Numbered from the stretch's first letter, positions 9,090 through 19,254 are shown. The stretch: DNA of 64,000 bases from Candidatus Parcubacteria bacterium (GCA_026004495.1 BPJG01000001.1:560527-624526); one strand, 5' to 3'. Numbers and translations: made by a program. The notes: generated by a model not told the origin, from the letters alone.

Positions 9090-10322
9090 ATGAATAAATT
9101 TTTAACTGAGTTAAGATATAGGTATATTTCAGTAGTGATTTTTGTTTTGATTGTTATTATTATTATTGCTTTTTTGGTAGATAGATTATTTCTTGCCAGC
9201 AAAAGAAAAAAATCACAATTACCTTGTTATAATCAAGAATTAACTATTTGGTCAACCTTTAATTTAAAAGATTTATCAAAACCTATCAAGTCTATTCAAA
9301 AATATTGTTTAAAGATTAATGTTGTTAAAAAAAATTTTGATGATATTAAAAATAATCTTCTTTTAGAAACAGCTGCTGGTCGTGGCCCTGATATTGTTTA
9401 TATTGATAATGATTTTGTTTTAAAAAACTTAAAAATTTTTGAACCCTATAAGGGAAATAAATTAGATATTGATAATTATCCTGATTCAATTATTAAATTT
9501 TTGGACAAGAAGTTAATTCTTTATCCCCTAACATTTGATATTTTAGTTTTATTTGTTAATAAGACATATTTAGCTAATATTGGTTTATATGATTATCCAA
9601 AGACTTTTGAAGAAATTGAAAACATAATTCCTCAACTAAGACAAACCAGTTTTACTTCTTTTCAATTAGCTCCTATTTCTTTAGGTCAAGCTCATAATAT
9701 TGACAATTTTGTTGAAATATTTCTAACAATTAATAAAAATCTTAATCAAGAAAATTATGCCAGCAAATCGGCAGTTGAAAATACCTTAGATTATTTATCT
9801 CAATTCATTGATCTTAATTCTAATCTTTATAGTTGGGACTATAATATGCCTAATAATATTTTGGCTTTTAGTCAAGAAAATTTAGCTCTATTGCCAGCCT
9901 TTTATTCTCAAAAAGAAAAAATTAAAAAAATAAATCCTCGATTAGAATTTGCCATCTCTAGTTTTCCTAAATTCCAAAAATCAATAAAAAAATATAATTA
10001 TTTAAAGGTTTATTATTTTGGAGTAATTAAAAATAAAAAATCAAAATATAGCTGGCTCTTTATTGAAGAATTTGATAAAAGTTATAAAGAATTTATCAAC
10101 AGTAAAGATTTAATTCCTTTAAGAAAAGATACCTTTGAAAATTTAGATAGCGAGAAAAAAACCCTAATTAATGAGCTTTTGGTTGGTGATTACTTTAATG
10201 AAGCGAATTATGAATTTTTAGTTGAAACCCTACCAAAGTATCTTGAGGGTTGGCTAAGCAACAAAGGCAATTTAAAAAATACTCTTGAAAGAGTTGATAT
10301 CTTTAAATTTTTTAAAAAATGA
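9090..10322 (+). CDS. membrane-anchored extracellular solute-binding protein-like (family 1, MalE-like), orphan
   Basis: N-terminal TM anchor. The motif AAGRGPDIVYIDNDFV resembles the SBP family-1 signature (G-x-x-PD-x7-D). No permease or ATPase genes are adjacent. Confidence 0.4.
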   Translation: MNKFLTELRYRYISVVIFVLIVIIIIAFLVDRLFLASKRKKSQLPCYNQELTIWSTFNLKDLSKPIKSIQKYCLKINVVKKNFDDIKNNLLLETAAGRGPDIVYIDNDFVLKNLKIFEPYKGNKLDIDNYPDSIIKFLDKKLILYPLTFDILVLFVNKTYLANIGLYDYPKTFEEIENIIPQLRQTSFTSFQLAPISLGQAHNIDNFVEIFLTINKNLNQENYASKSAVENTLDYLSQFIDLNSNLYSWDYNMPNNILAFSQENLALLPAFYSQKEKIKKINPRLEFAISSFPKFQKSIKKYNYLKVYYFGVIKNKKSKYSWLFIEEFDKSYKEFINSKDLIPLRKDTFENLDSEKKTLINELLVGDYFNEANYEFLVETLPKYLEGWLSNKGNLKNTLERVDIFKFFKK

Positions 10323-10693
10323 AACAAATTGTTTTTTTAGTTATTTTTCTATTGTTAATTATTAATAATTTTTCTTTAGCTCAAATTTCGGATACTGGTT
10401 TGGTTGGTAAAAAATGTGATGCGAATACAGATGAATGCACTTTAGCAGATTTTATTTCAGCCGTTCAAAGATTAATTAGATTTTTATTAATTTTAGGCTA
10501 TTGGATTGCAGCCTTGGTTGCTCTTATTGGTTCTTTTATGATGATGTTAGGGGGTGCCAAACGAGATTATCTTGATAAAGGTAGAACAATGATAATTAAT
10601 TCTCTAACATATTATGTTTTATTACTTTTAGCTGGAATTTTCTTTGATTTAATTTTAGATTTCTTAAAACCAAAAGTATTTACAGGTTATTGA
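10319..10693 (+). CDS. small secreted two-TM protein with a Cys pair (TrbC/VirB2 pilin-like topology), paralog 1
   Basis: Signal peptide, then KKCDANTDEC, then two hydrophobic helices. It shares this architecture with the next gene and with the N-terminus of the 47344 gene. ATGA overlap with the upstream gene. Confidence 0.4.
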   Translation: MKQIVFLVIFLLLIINNFSLAQISDTGLVGKKCDANTDECTLADFISAVQRLIRFLLILGYWIAALVALIGSFMMMLGGAKRDYLDKGRTMIINSLTYYVLLLLAGIFFDLILDFLKPKVFTGY

Positions 10694-10695
10694 AA

Positions 10696-11136
10696 ATGAA
10701 AAAGAATTTATTATTTTTATTAATTATTATATTTATTTTAGAGCTACCTAATTTTTATATTTATTCTCAAACTTCAAGCACTACAACTTCAAGTGCTACA
10801 AGCAATTCATCAACAATTGATGTTTTATCTCAGGATAGTTGGAAATATTTTTATAATGTTTTTAGACCCGCAGCCGATGTCTCTTGTCTTCAGGGTTCAA
10901 GCGTCTTTGAAAAAATTAATAATTGCCTTATTCGAGTTTTGTCAGCACTTCAATATTTAGCAGTTATTTTATTTTTAATTTCCTTAACAGTGATAGCTGG
11001 TTTTTTAGTTTTTTCTCCTGTTAGAAAAGATTATTTAGATATAGCTAAAAAAACTTTTTTTTGGACAATTTTAGGATTTATAATAATTTTTATAGCTCGA
11101 GAAATTCTACAAGCAATTAACCAATTAATAAGATGA
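10696..11136 (+). CDS. small secreted two-TM protein with a Cys pair (TrbC/VirB2 pilin-like topology), paralog 2
   Basis: Signal peptide, a Ser/Thr-rich linker, C...C (DVSCLQG...NNCL), then two TM helices. ATG at 10696; the track's TTG at 10690 is also possible. Confidence 0.4.
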   Translation: MKKNLLFLLIIIFILELPNFYIYSQTSSTTTSSATSNSSTIDVLSQDSWKYFYNVFRPAADVSCLQGSSVFEKINNCLIRVLSALQYLAVILFLISLTVIAGFLVFSPVRKDYLDIAKKTFFWTILGFIIIFIAREILQAINQLIR

Positions 11137-11242
11137 AAAAAATTGTTTTAGTAAGCAATTAATCAAGAAAAAAAAATTTAATATGGATAATAATAGGTTT
11201 TATAATTTTATTCATAGTAGAAAAAATTAGGGAATCAATAAT

Positions 11243-12604
11243 ATGGCTACCAGGAAAATAGGAATTATTATTTTATTTTTAGTACTAATTTTAATAAATA
11301 CTGCATCAGGACAAATAGAGAATATAGAAGAGCATTTTAGTAAAAAATTTAAGCAATTATTATCAAAACGGGGCGATTGTAATGTTGGCCTTGTATTGCT
11401 CGAACCTATTACAAAGTTTTTGGGAATTTATAGGATGGAGGGGTGGATAGAAGTTCTTTATAATAATAGAATAACTAAGGTAATACCACGTGACCCATTT
11501 GATGAGAAGGTTCTTTGTATTAAAACAAACTTTATACAGAATCATCAAAATCTTTTTGTAAGTCAAGCTGCTATCTTAGATAAACTTGTTCTTTATTTCG
11601 AATGGGCTAGAAATATTTTAGAAGGTACTCGATATTCATTTATTGATAGAATTATTACAAAATTTTATGGCGACCCCTATATGTCAGAACCAGCAGAAGC
11701 TCTATTAAAATCAACCCCCCCTTGTATATCAATTTTAAGAAATTTTGTAAATCGACAACCAGTAGATGCTAATTTAGTAGATAATGAAAAGGGGTTATTA
11801 CAAGATTTGTTTGAAAGAGGAATAGCAAGTGGTGCTGTAATCAGGAACGCTACATCTTACTCTTTTCAAGATGCTACTATTTCAAGAATGGTTGGGGGAG
11901 ACGAAAAATTTCAAGCTTTAAAAAGTGATACAAAGAAATTCATAACACAATTTAATAGTTTTAGTACAAGCATAGGGGAGGCATCAAAAACTTTTTTTGA
12001 GGCATATAAACAAATTTCAGCACAAGAGGAGCTAAATAATTTTGCAAAAAGTGTAGATAAATTTGTAAATGAAAATGCAACTACTGCAAGACTTTATTTA
12101 ACCTCTAATCAACAAGAAAGTACTTGCCTTCTTCTTTTAAATGTTATATTAACTGGGAAAACTCCAACAGGAAGAGATGCTTCGAACTTTAGTCAAAATA
12201 TTTTAAAACCCCAAATGGAAATGGTTTCAAGTACTATGAAAGAAATTAATAAAATTATTACTTTTCTTAATATAGCAATTATTAAAGCCGAAAGACAAGA
12301 AATACCCCTTGCTGTTATTCCGCCAATTGTTTTTAGTGATGAACATAGAGGAGCAGAATCTTTTAAACAAATTACGCCGGAAAGAATATTTAATGAGGTT
12401 AGAGATTTTATTTTTAATTTATCACCTATTATTTTTATTTTACTTTTAATTATTGGAGCAATATTTTATATTCTTTCGCCTATTAAAATTGAATATCTTA
12501 AAATAGGTTCAGAATATATTAAATGGGCAGTTATAGGTTATTTTGTTTTATTGGTTATTTCAGCTATTTTTATGGCTCTTAGAATAATTTTCGGCGGACC
12601 ATAA
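11243..12604 (+). CDS. hypothetical secreted protein with two C-terminal TM helices
   Basis: Signal peptide MATRKIGIIILFLVLILINTASG, an extracellular domain of about 380 aa, and two C-terminal TM segments. No recognisable motif. It sits between the pilin-like genes and comEC. Confidence 0.45.
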   Translation: MATRKIGIIILFLVLILINTASGQIENIEEHFSKKFKQLLSKRGDCNVGLVLLEPITKFLGIYRMEGWIEVLYNNRITKVIPRDPFDEKVLCIKTNFIQNHQNLFVSQAAILDKLVLYFEWARNILEGTRYSFIDRIITKFYGDPYMSEPAEALLKSTPPCISILRNFVNRQPVDANLVDNEKGLLQDLFERGIASGAVIRNATSYSFQDATISRMVGGDEKFQALKSDTKKFITQFNSFSTSIGEASKTFFEAYKQISAQEELNNFAKSVDKFVNENATTARLYLTSNQQESTCLLLLNVILTGKTPTGRDASNFSQNILKPQMEMVSSTMKEINKIITFLNIAIIKAERQEIPLAVIPPIVFSDEHRGAESFKQITPERIFNEVRDFIFNLSPIIFILLLIIGAIFYILSPIKIEYLKIGSEYIKWAVIGYFVLLVISAIFMALRIIFGGP

Positions 12605-12609
12605 AATTT

Positions 12610-13905
12610 ATGATTTCTAATATTTTCTTTTTCTTTTCTTTTTTCTTTATTTTAGGTATATTTTCTAAATATTATTTTAGCTTATGGTTTATTTTGGCAC
12701 CCTTGATTTTAATATTATTTTTAAGATACAAATTTTTAGCTATTATTTTTTGTTTAGCTTTTTTATTAGGCGGTGGTTATTTGGTAGTTTATCAAAATTT
12801 TAAGTCTAAATCTTCGGATGATTCTATTGTAATTTCTCGTGAGCTTCCTTCAACTAATTATTTTAAAAAATATTTAGGCGAATTTAAAGGTAAGAATTAT
12901 TTTATTTATTTACCTTATTATTATGATAAATTATATCCTCAAGATAAAATAAATGCTGTCTTTACTATGGTTGAAGATAGAATTTTTATTCAAGATTTAT
13001 TTGGAGTTAAAAAATCAATCTATTATCCAATTTATAAATTTCGTGATTATATCAATAGTTTAATTGATAAAAATTATTCTTTAGCAACAAGTGAAATTAT
13101 TGGTGGAATTTTATACGGTCGAGAAATTAATGATAAAGATATTAGAGAAAATCTAAGAAAATCAGGTTTAAGCCATATTACCGCTATGTCTGGTTATAAT
13201 TTAATTGTTCTCTCTCTATTTATAAATCGATTATTTAAGTTTTTGCCTGTAAGTTTTTTAATTAATAATATATTTACAATTTTAATCATTTTAATTTTTA
13301 TAGTTTTTACTGGTTTTCAATCTTCAGTTATTAGAGCAGGAATAATGATGGTTGTTTTTATTACTTCTAAATTAATTGGTAAACCAAGTCTTCGAAGAAA
13401 TGTTATTATTTTTACTGCTTTATTGATAACCTTTTTTAATCCCTTGGCTTTAATTAATGATTTGGGCTTTCAACTTTCTTTATTGGCAACAATAGGAATT
13501 ATTTATTTCGAAGAATTTTTAAGAAATTTTCTAAAATTTAAATTTTTAAGCGAAACAATTTCAGCTCAAATTTTGGTTTTACCATTAATTTGGTATAAAT
13601 TTAGTGAATTTAATATTTTTTCTTTTTTCAATAATGCTCTTATTATTTCTTTTATCCCCTTTATGATGCTTTTAGGGTTTTTGGCTATATTATTCTATTT
13701 TTTCTATCCAGTTAATCAAATTTTTAATTTACCTTTTTTAATTTTCCTTAAATTAATTGGCTATTTAGCTAATTTTCCTAAAATTTATTTTCCCTTACCT
13801 TTATTAATAATTATTGCGATTTATTTTTTTATTTTTTTATTAATTTTTAAAATTAATCGTAATGAAAATATTGACTTTAATTTTAAGCTTAACAATCATT
13901 ATTAA
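12610..13905 (+). CDS. comEC: ComEC/Rec2 competence channel protein (DUF4131 plus Competence domain)
   Basis: Polytopic membrane protein containing the ComEC-characteristic segment LRKSGLSHITAMSGYNLIVL. Confidence 0.7.
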   Translation: MISNIFFFFSFFFILGIFSKYYFSLWFILAPLILILFLRYKFLAIIFCLAFLLGGGYLVVYQNFKSKSSDDSIVISRELPSTNYFKKYLGEFKGKNYFIYLPYYYDKLYPQDKINAVFTMVEDRIFIQDLFGVKKSIYYPIYKFRDYINSLIDKNYSLATSEIIGGILYGREINDKDIRENLRKSGLSHITAMSGYNLIVLSLFINRLFKFLPVSFLINNIFTILIILIFIVFTGFQSSVIRAGIMMVVFITSKLIGKPSLRRNVIIFTALLITFFNPLALINDLGFQLSLLATIGIIYFEEFLRNFLKFKFLSETISAQILVLPLIWYKFSEFNIFSFFNNALIISFIPFMMLLGFLAILFYFFYPVNQIFNLPFLIFLKLIGYLANFPKIYFPLPLLIIIAIYFFIFLLIFKINRNENIDFNFKLNNHY

Positions 13906-14656
13906 TTTATTTTTATTTTGGTATATCTTTGATAATCTAAAAACAGACAGCTTTGTTGCTTTTTTGGATGTTGGCCAAGGAAGTAGTGTTTTAGTTTTTA
14001 ATTCTAAACTAAAGCTTCTTTATGATGTTGGACCTTATGGCTTAAAGACAATTAATGAATTAAATAAACTAACTAAAATTTATAATAGAACCCTGGATGT
14101 TGTTTTTATTTCCCATCCTGACAGAGATCATTATGGAGGCATTTTTGATATTATTGAAAGATATAAAATAAGATTGATTATAATTAATCCTTATCTATCA
14201 TCAGAATCTGGTTATTTAAAATTTTTAGAATTAATTAAAAATAAAAATATTCCTTTTATTACTCTTAAGGCTGGCGATTATCTTGAATCAAATTTTGAGA
14301 AAATTTTTATTGTTCATCCAGATAAAAGATATAAAAATGATAATCAGAATTCATTAGTTCTTAAAATATTAAAGAATGGAAAAGAATTTTTATTAACCGG
14401 TGATATTGATCAAAAAATTGAAAAACATTTGATTGAAAAATATGGTAAAAATATAAAAGCAGATTATTTACTTATTCCTCATCATGGTTCTAAATATTCT
14501 TCTAATCAATATTTTTTGTCTAATTTTAATTATGCCATTATTCAAGTCGGACAAAATAAATATAACCACCCCCACTTAGAGGTTATTGAAAGATTAAATA
14601 AAATGAATTTACCCTATTGGCGAACTGATTTAAATGGAATATTTATGGTAAAATAG
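13862..14656 (+). CDS. ComEC C-terminal metallo-beta-lactamase domain as a separate overlapping ORF (split comEC)
   Basis: FLDVGQGSSVLV, the HxHxDH-like ISHPDRDHYGG, and LLIPHHGSKYSS match the ComEC lactamase_B domain. It overlaps the comEC ORF by 44 nt in a different frame. Confidence 0.65.
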   Translation: MKILTLILSLTIIINLFLFWYIFDNLKTDSFVAFLDVGQGSSVLVFNSKLKLLYDVGPYGLKTINELNKLTKIYNRTLDVVFISHPDRDHYGGIFDIIERYKIRLIIINPYLSSESGYLKFLELIKNKNIPFITLKAGDYLESNFEKIFIVHPDKRYKNDNQNSLVLKILKNGKEFLLTGDIDQKIEKHLIEKYGKNIKADYLLIPHHGSKYSSNQYFLSNFNYAIIQVGQNKYNHPHLEVIERLNKMNLPYWRTDLNGIFMVK

Positions 14657-14661
14657 AAATT

Positions 14662-16086
14662 ATGAAAGATTTATTTATTAGTGAAACTTTAAACAAAATA
14701 GGTGAAAAGGTACGACTTTTAGGTTGGGTCAATTCAGTTCGTTCTCATGGTAATTTAATTTTTTTTGATTTGCGCGATAGAAGCGATATTATTCAATGCG
14801 TTGTTTTAAAAAATAGTCCTGCCCTTGAAATTGCTAAAGAGATAAAAGAAGAAGATATTATTGAAATAACAGGAGAAGTAAAACAAAGAGAAGAAAAATT
14901 ATTTAATCCTAAAATTTTAACGGGTAAAATTGAATTGTTGGTAGATGAGATAAAAATTTTATCGAAAGCAAAAATATTACCATTTTCTATAGAGGGTGAT
15001 GGTTATGATATTAATGAAGAAATAAGATTAAAATATCGTTATCTTGATTTAAGAAGAAAAAGATTGCAAAAAAATTTGATTAATAGACATCAGGTTATTT
15101 TATTTATTCGTAATTGGCTCAATCAACGAGGATTTATTGAAATTGAAACTCCGATATTAACTAAATCCACTCCAGAAGGTGCTAGAGATTATTTAGTTCC
15201 TTCTCGTTTGCATAAAGGAAAATTTTATGCTCTACCTCAATCACCTCAGCAATATAAACAATTATTAATGATTGCTGGCATAGAAAGATATTTTCAGATT
15301 GCCAGATGTTTTCGCGATGAAGATTCAAGAGGTGATCGACAGCCAGAATTTACTCAACTTGATTTAGAAATGAGCTTTATTCAACGTGATGATATTTTGA
15401 ACTTAATTGAAAATTTATTTATTGATTTAGTTAAAAATTTATATCCACAAAAAAAGATAACCAAAATTCCATTTCCTAGATTAACCTATAATGAAGTTAT
15501 TAAAAAATTTAAGACTGATAAACCTGATTTAAGAGAAGATAAAAATAATCCTAATGAATTAGCTTTTTGTTTTATTATTGATTTTCCAATGTTTGAAGTT
15601 TTAGAAGATGGAAGCTTAAATCCAATGCATCATCCTTTTACTCAGCCTAAATTAAAAGATGAAAAATTTAATAAAGAAAAAATAATAAATAAGTTAAAAC
15701 ATAATCCCTTAGAACTTTTAAGCGAACAATATGATTTCGTTTGTAATGGTTATGAAATTGGTGGAGGCAGTATTAGAACTACAAATAAAGATATTTTAAT
15801 AGAAGTTTTTAAAGTATTAGGTCACCAAGAACAAGATATTTATAATAAATTTGGACATTTAATTAATGCCTTTGATTATGGTGTACCTCCTCATGGAGGT
15901 ATAGCGCCTGGATTGGATAGGATTTTGATGATTTTAGAAAATGAGGCAAATATTCGCGAAGTAATTGCCTTTCCTAAGACAGGTGAAGGTAGAGATTTAA
16001 TGATGAATTCACCTGCTGAAGTTGAAATTAATCAATTAAATGAATTAGGGATAGAAATAAAATTAAACAAAGAAGATAGTGATTAA
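14662..16086 (+). CDS. aspS: aspartyl-tRNA synthetase, short archaeal/non-discriminating type (no GAD insertion)
   Basis: N-terminal OB fold, class II motif 2 FRDEDSRGDRQPEFTQLDLEMSF, motif 3 GGGSIR. At 474 aa it is too short for the bacterial GAD-containing type. Confidence 0.8.
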   Translation: MKDLFISETLNKIGEKVRLLGWVNSVRSHGNLIFFDLRDRSDIIQCVVLKNSPALEIAKEIKEEDIIEITGEVKQREEKLFNPKILTGKIELLVDEIKILSKAKILPFSIEGDGYDINEEIRLKYRYLDLRRKRLQKNLINRHQVILFIRNWLNQRGFIEIETPILTKSTPEGARDYLVPSRLHKGKFYALPQSPQQYKQLLMIAGIERYFQIARCFRDEDSRGDRQPEFTQLDLEMSFIQRDDILNLIENLFIDLVKNLYPQKKITKIPFPRLTYNEVIKKFKTDKPDLREDKNNPNELAFCFIIDFPMFEVLEDGSLNPMHHPFTQPKLKDEKFNKEKIINKLKHNPLELLSEQYDFVCNGYEIGGGSIRTTNKDILIEVFKVLGHQEQDIYNKFGHLINAFDYGVPPHGGIAPGLDRILMILENEANIREVIAFPKTGEGRDLMMNSPAEVEINQLNELGIEIKLNKEDSD

Positions 16087-16113
16087 ATATTTTTATTTTT
16101 TTATATTTTTATA

Positions 16114-16141
16114 TTGAAAAAATTTTTGATTTTGTTATAAT
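16114..16141 (+). promoter_or_regulatory. candidate promoter of the ribosomal protein operon (TTGAAA, 16-nt spacer, extended -10 TGTTATAAT)
   Basis: TTGAAA at 16114-16119 and TATAAT at 16136-16141, preceded by TG, in the 130-nt gap between aspS and rplB. Confidence 0.45.
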
Positions 16142-16217
16142 TTAAAATTAGGATAAATATTTTTATTTAAACTACTAAATTTAAAGGAGTTATTAATTTA
16201 TCAAAAATTTTTTATTT

Positions 16218-17054
16218 ATGGCATTAAAAATAGTAAAATCAAGAGGACCAGGTAAAAGAGTAGCAATATTTGTTGATTATAAGAAAGTTTTGACAGCAAA
16301 GGAACCATATAAACCTTTAGTTGTTGCTTTAAAAAAAAGAACTGCACGAAATAATCAAGGTAGAATAACTACGCGTTTTAGAAAAAATCCTGCTCATCGA
16401 AGATTATATCGTCTTGTTGATTTTTCTCGTTTAGACAGAAAAGATATTTCAGCTAAAGTAGAAACAATTGAATACGATCCCAATCGAACTGCTTTTATAA
16501 TGTTAGTTTGCTATCGTGATGGTGAGAGAAGATATCATTTAGCTCCTGAAGGTATTAATGTTGGTGATGAGATAATTTGTTCTGAATCAGCACCAATAAA
16601 AATAGGTAATCGTTTACCATTAAAAAATATTCCACCCGGTACAGAAATTTATGAAGTTGAATTAGTTCCTCAGGGTAAGGGTAAATTAATTAGATCAGCT
16701 GGTTCAGCTGGTGTGATAATGGGTTGTGACGAAAAACATGCAACTATCAAAATGCCTTCAGGTGAAATTAGAAAGGTCTCTAAAGAATGTTATGCTACTA
16801 TTGGTAGGGTTTCTAATATTGATCATAGAAATATTCGTTTAGGTAAAGCTGGAAGAAAGATTTGGAAAGGTTTTAGGCCAAATGTTAGAGGAAGTGCAAT
16901 GAACCCTCGTGATCATCCTTATGGTGGAGGCGAAGGTAGAGCTCCAAGAGGAACAAGAAAGCCAAAAACTAAATGGGGTAAAATTACTGGAGGTCGTAAA
17001 ACAAGAAGAAAAAGAAATCCTTATTCCAGGTTAATTATTAAAAGAAGAAAATAA
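16218..17054 (+). CDS. rplB: 50S ribosomal protein L2
   Basis: [14 protein letters not shown]... and the conserved C-terminal [10 protein letters not shown] region. It is the first gene of the operon; L3, L4 and L23 are absent upstream. Confidence 0.9.
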   Translation: MALKIVKSRGPGKRVAIFVDYKKVLTAKEPYKPLVVALKKRTARNNQGRITTRFRKNPAHRRLYRLVDFSRLDRKDISAKVETIEYDPNRTAFIMLVCYRDGERRYHLAPEGINVGDEIICSESAPIKIGNRLPLKNIPPGTEIYEVELVPQGKGKLIRSAGSAGVIMGCDEKHATIKMPSGEIRKVSKECYATIGRVSNIDHRNIRLGKAGRKIWKGFRPNVRGSAMNPRDHPYGGGEGRAPRGTRKPKTKWGKITGGRKTRRKRNPYSRLIIKRRK

Positions 17055-17055
17055 A

Positions 17056-17361
17056 ATGGGTAGAAGTGTTAAAAAGGGTCCATATGTTGAACCAAAATTA
17101 TTAAAAAAAGTTAAAAAATTATTAAAATTACCACTAGAACAGAGAGATAAGCATACAATTAGAACATGGTCAAGAGATTCGATGATTATACCAGAAATGA
17201 TAGGAATGCTTTTTGAGGTTCATAACGGCAAACAATTTATTGCTGTTAAAATTATTGAGGATATGGTAGGCCATAGATTAGGAGAATTTGCACCAACAAG
17301 AAAATTCATTAAACATGGTGGTAAATTACAAAGAGAGTTAGAAAGAAAAAAATCAACATAG
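17056..17361 (+). CDS. rpsS: 30S ribosomal protein S19
   Basis: [19 protein letters not shown]... and ...[27 protein letters not shown]. Confidence 0.9.
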   Translation: MGRSVKKGPYVEPKLLKKVKKLLKLPLEQRDKHTIRTWSRDSMIIPEMIGMLFEVHNGKQFIAVKIIEDMVGHRLGEFAPTRKFIKHGGKLQRELERKKST

Positions 17362-17386
17362 ATTATGTTAAAATATCTTATAATAA

Positions 17387-17725
17387 ATGATTAAAGTGCA
17401 TTTGCGTTATCTTAATATTTCACCAAGAAAGGTAAGAATGGTTGTTAATATGATAAAGGGTATGGATGTTATAATAGCAGAAAAGCAATTATTGTTTTCA
17501 CCTAAAAGATCAGCGAAAAATTTATTAAAATTATTAAAACATGCTATTGATGTAGCAGAGAAACAAAAAAAAATAAAAAAAGAGGATTTATTTATTAAAA
17601 ATATTATAGTTAATGAAGGCCCTAAGCAAAAAAGATTTAGGGCAATGTCTAGAGGCCATGTTGGTCGAATTATTAAAAGAACATCACATATTACGTTAGA
17701 ATTAGATAAAAAAAATGGGTCATAA
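17387..17725 (+). CDS. rplV: 50S ribosomal protein L22
   Basis: Operon position between S19 and S3. Sequence features: ...ISPRKVRMVVNMIKGMDV... and SRGHVGRIIKRTSHITL. Confidence 0.85.
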   Translation: MIKVHLRYLNISPRKVRMVVNMIKGMDVIIAEKQLLFSPKRSAKNLLKLLKHAIDVAEKQKKIKKEDLFIKNIIVNEGPKQKRFRAMSRGHVGRIIKRTSHITLELDKKNGS

Positions 17726-18392
17726 AGTTTCTCCTTATGCCAATAGATTAGGGATAAATGAATACTGGAAATCAAAATGGTTTTTTAAGAAGAACTTTAG
17801 TGTGTTTTTAGAGGCTGATTATATTATCAGAAATTTAATCAATGAAAAATTGGGTAAAAATGCTGGAATTGCTGAAATAATAATCGAAAGAAAGGATCAA
17901 GATCATTGCAAGGTAATAATTAGAACAGCTAAACCTGGCAACGTTATTGGAAGAGATGGAAAAAAACTAAAAAAAATTCAACAAGAAATAAATAAAAAAT
18001 TAGATAGTTTATTTAAAAAACATAAATTAAATCCACCTGCTCTAGAAATTGTAATTGAGGAAGTAAAAAAGCCTTATCTTTATGCTAGTTTTTTATCTCA
18101 ATTAATAGCTTTAGATATTGAAAAGAATAAACCAGTAAGAGGAGTGATAAAAAAGATAATTGAAAAGGCAAAACAATATAAAGAAATAGAGGGGATTAAA
18201 ATTAATGTTTCAGGAAGAATAGGCGGAGCAAGTATTCATAGGACAGAAAAAATTAGTTGGGGAAAATTACCATTATCAACTTTAAAAGCAAAAATTGATT
18301 ATTCTTTATCAGAAGCTTTAACTAAATATGGAATTATTGGAGTAAAAGTTTGGTTATATAAGGGCGAAAGTAATGAACTGAAAGAAGATTAA
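17715..18392 (+). CDS. rpsC: 30S ribosomal protein S3
   Basis: MGHKVSPYANRLGINEYW... with a KH domain and C-terminal domain, in operon position. Confidence 0.9.
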   Translation: MGHKVSPYANRLGINEYWKSKWFFKKNFSVFLEADYIIRNLINEKLGKNAGIAEIIIERKDQDHCKVIIRTAKPGNVIGRDGKKLKKIQQEINKKLDSLFKKHKLNPPALEIVIEEVKKPYLYASFLSQLIALDIEKNKPVRGVIKKIIEKAKQYKEIEGIKINVSGRIGGASIHRTEKISWGKLPLSTLKAKIDYSLSEALTKYGIIGVKVWLYKGESNELKED

Positions 18393-18394
18393 TA

Positions 18395-18814
18395 ATGTTA
18401 CAGCCAGCTAAGCTAAAACATCGTAAATGGATGAAAGGTAAAAGATTAAAAGAAGGAATTGCTACTTCTAATATAGATTTAAATTTCGGCAATTATGGTT
18501 TAAAAAGTTTAGAAAATAAGTATCTTAAAAATATGCAGATAGAAGCTGCCTTAAAAGAAATAAAAAGAATTTTAAGTAAGAAAGGTAGAGTTTGGTTGAA
18601 AATATTTCCTTACTTAAGCAGAACAAAAAAAGCTGAAGGTGTTAGAATGGGAGGTGGTAAAGGTGATATAGATCATTATGCTACTTTAGTAAGACCAGGG
18701 ACTATAATATTTGAAATTGAAACTAATAATAATGATTTAGCGATTAAAGCTTTAAAATCAGCTAGTTGTAAATTACCTATTAAAACGAAAATAATTGTTA
18801 AAGATGAAAGCTAA
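18395..18814 (+). CDS. rplP: 50S ribosomal protein L16
   Basis: MLQPAKLKHRKWMKGK...GVRMGGGKGDIDHYATLVRPGTIIFEI. Confidence 0.9.
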   Translation: MLQPAKLKHRKWMKGKRLKEGIATSNIDLNFGNYGLKSLENKYLKNMQIEAALKEIKRILSKKGRVWLKIFPYLSRTKKAEGVRMGGGKGDIDHYATLVRPGTIIFEIETNNNDLAIKALKSASCKLPIKTKIIVKDES

Positions 18815-18998
18815 AGATTTAAAGTTAAAATCATTATCAGAATTACAAAAATTATTGAACGAAGAAAAGAATAAATTATTTAATTTAAAATTACAAAAAA
18901 AGTTAAATAAATTAAAACAGGTTCATTTAATAAAATTTACAAAAAAAAATATTGCTAGAATTTTAACCATTATTAAGGAAAAAACAAAAAATGGCTAG
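18795..18998 (+). CDS. rpmC: 50S ribosomal protein L29
   Basis: Short helical protein with the start KAKDLKLKSLSELQKLLNEEKNKLFNLKLQ, in operon position. Confidence 0.8.
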   Translation: MLKMKAKDLKLKSLSELQKLLNEEKNKLFNLKLQKKLNKLKQVHLIKFTKKNIARILTIIKEKTKNG

Positions 18999-19254
18999 AA
19001 AAAGAGTTATTGGAAAGGTAATTTCAAATAAAATGCAAAAAACAATCGTTATTGTGAGTGAAATTTTAAAGAAACATAAATTATATGGAAAGTATATTAG
19101 ACATAAAACTAAATATTATGTTCATGATGAAAAGAATATAGCTAAGATAGGAGATAGAGTTTTGATCGAATTTACTAGACCTATATCTAAATTAAAAAAT
19201 TGGAGATTAGTTAAAATTTTAAATAACGATGATTCAAAACAGAACAATTCTTAA
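18991..19254 (+). CDS. rpsQ: 30S ribosomal protein S17
   Basis: [24 protein letters not shown]...[25 protein letters not shown]. Confidence 0.85.
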   Translation: MARKRVIGKVISNKMQKTIVIVSEILKKHKLYGKYIRHKTKYYVHDEKNIAKIGDRVLIEFTRPISKLKNWRLVKILNNDDSKQNNS

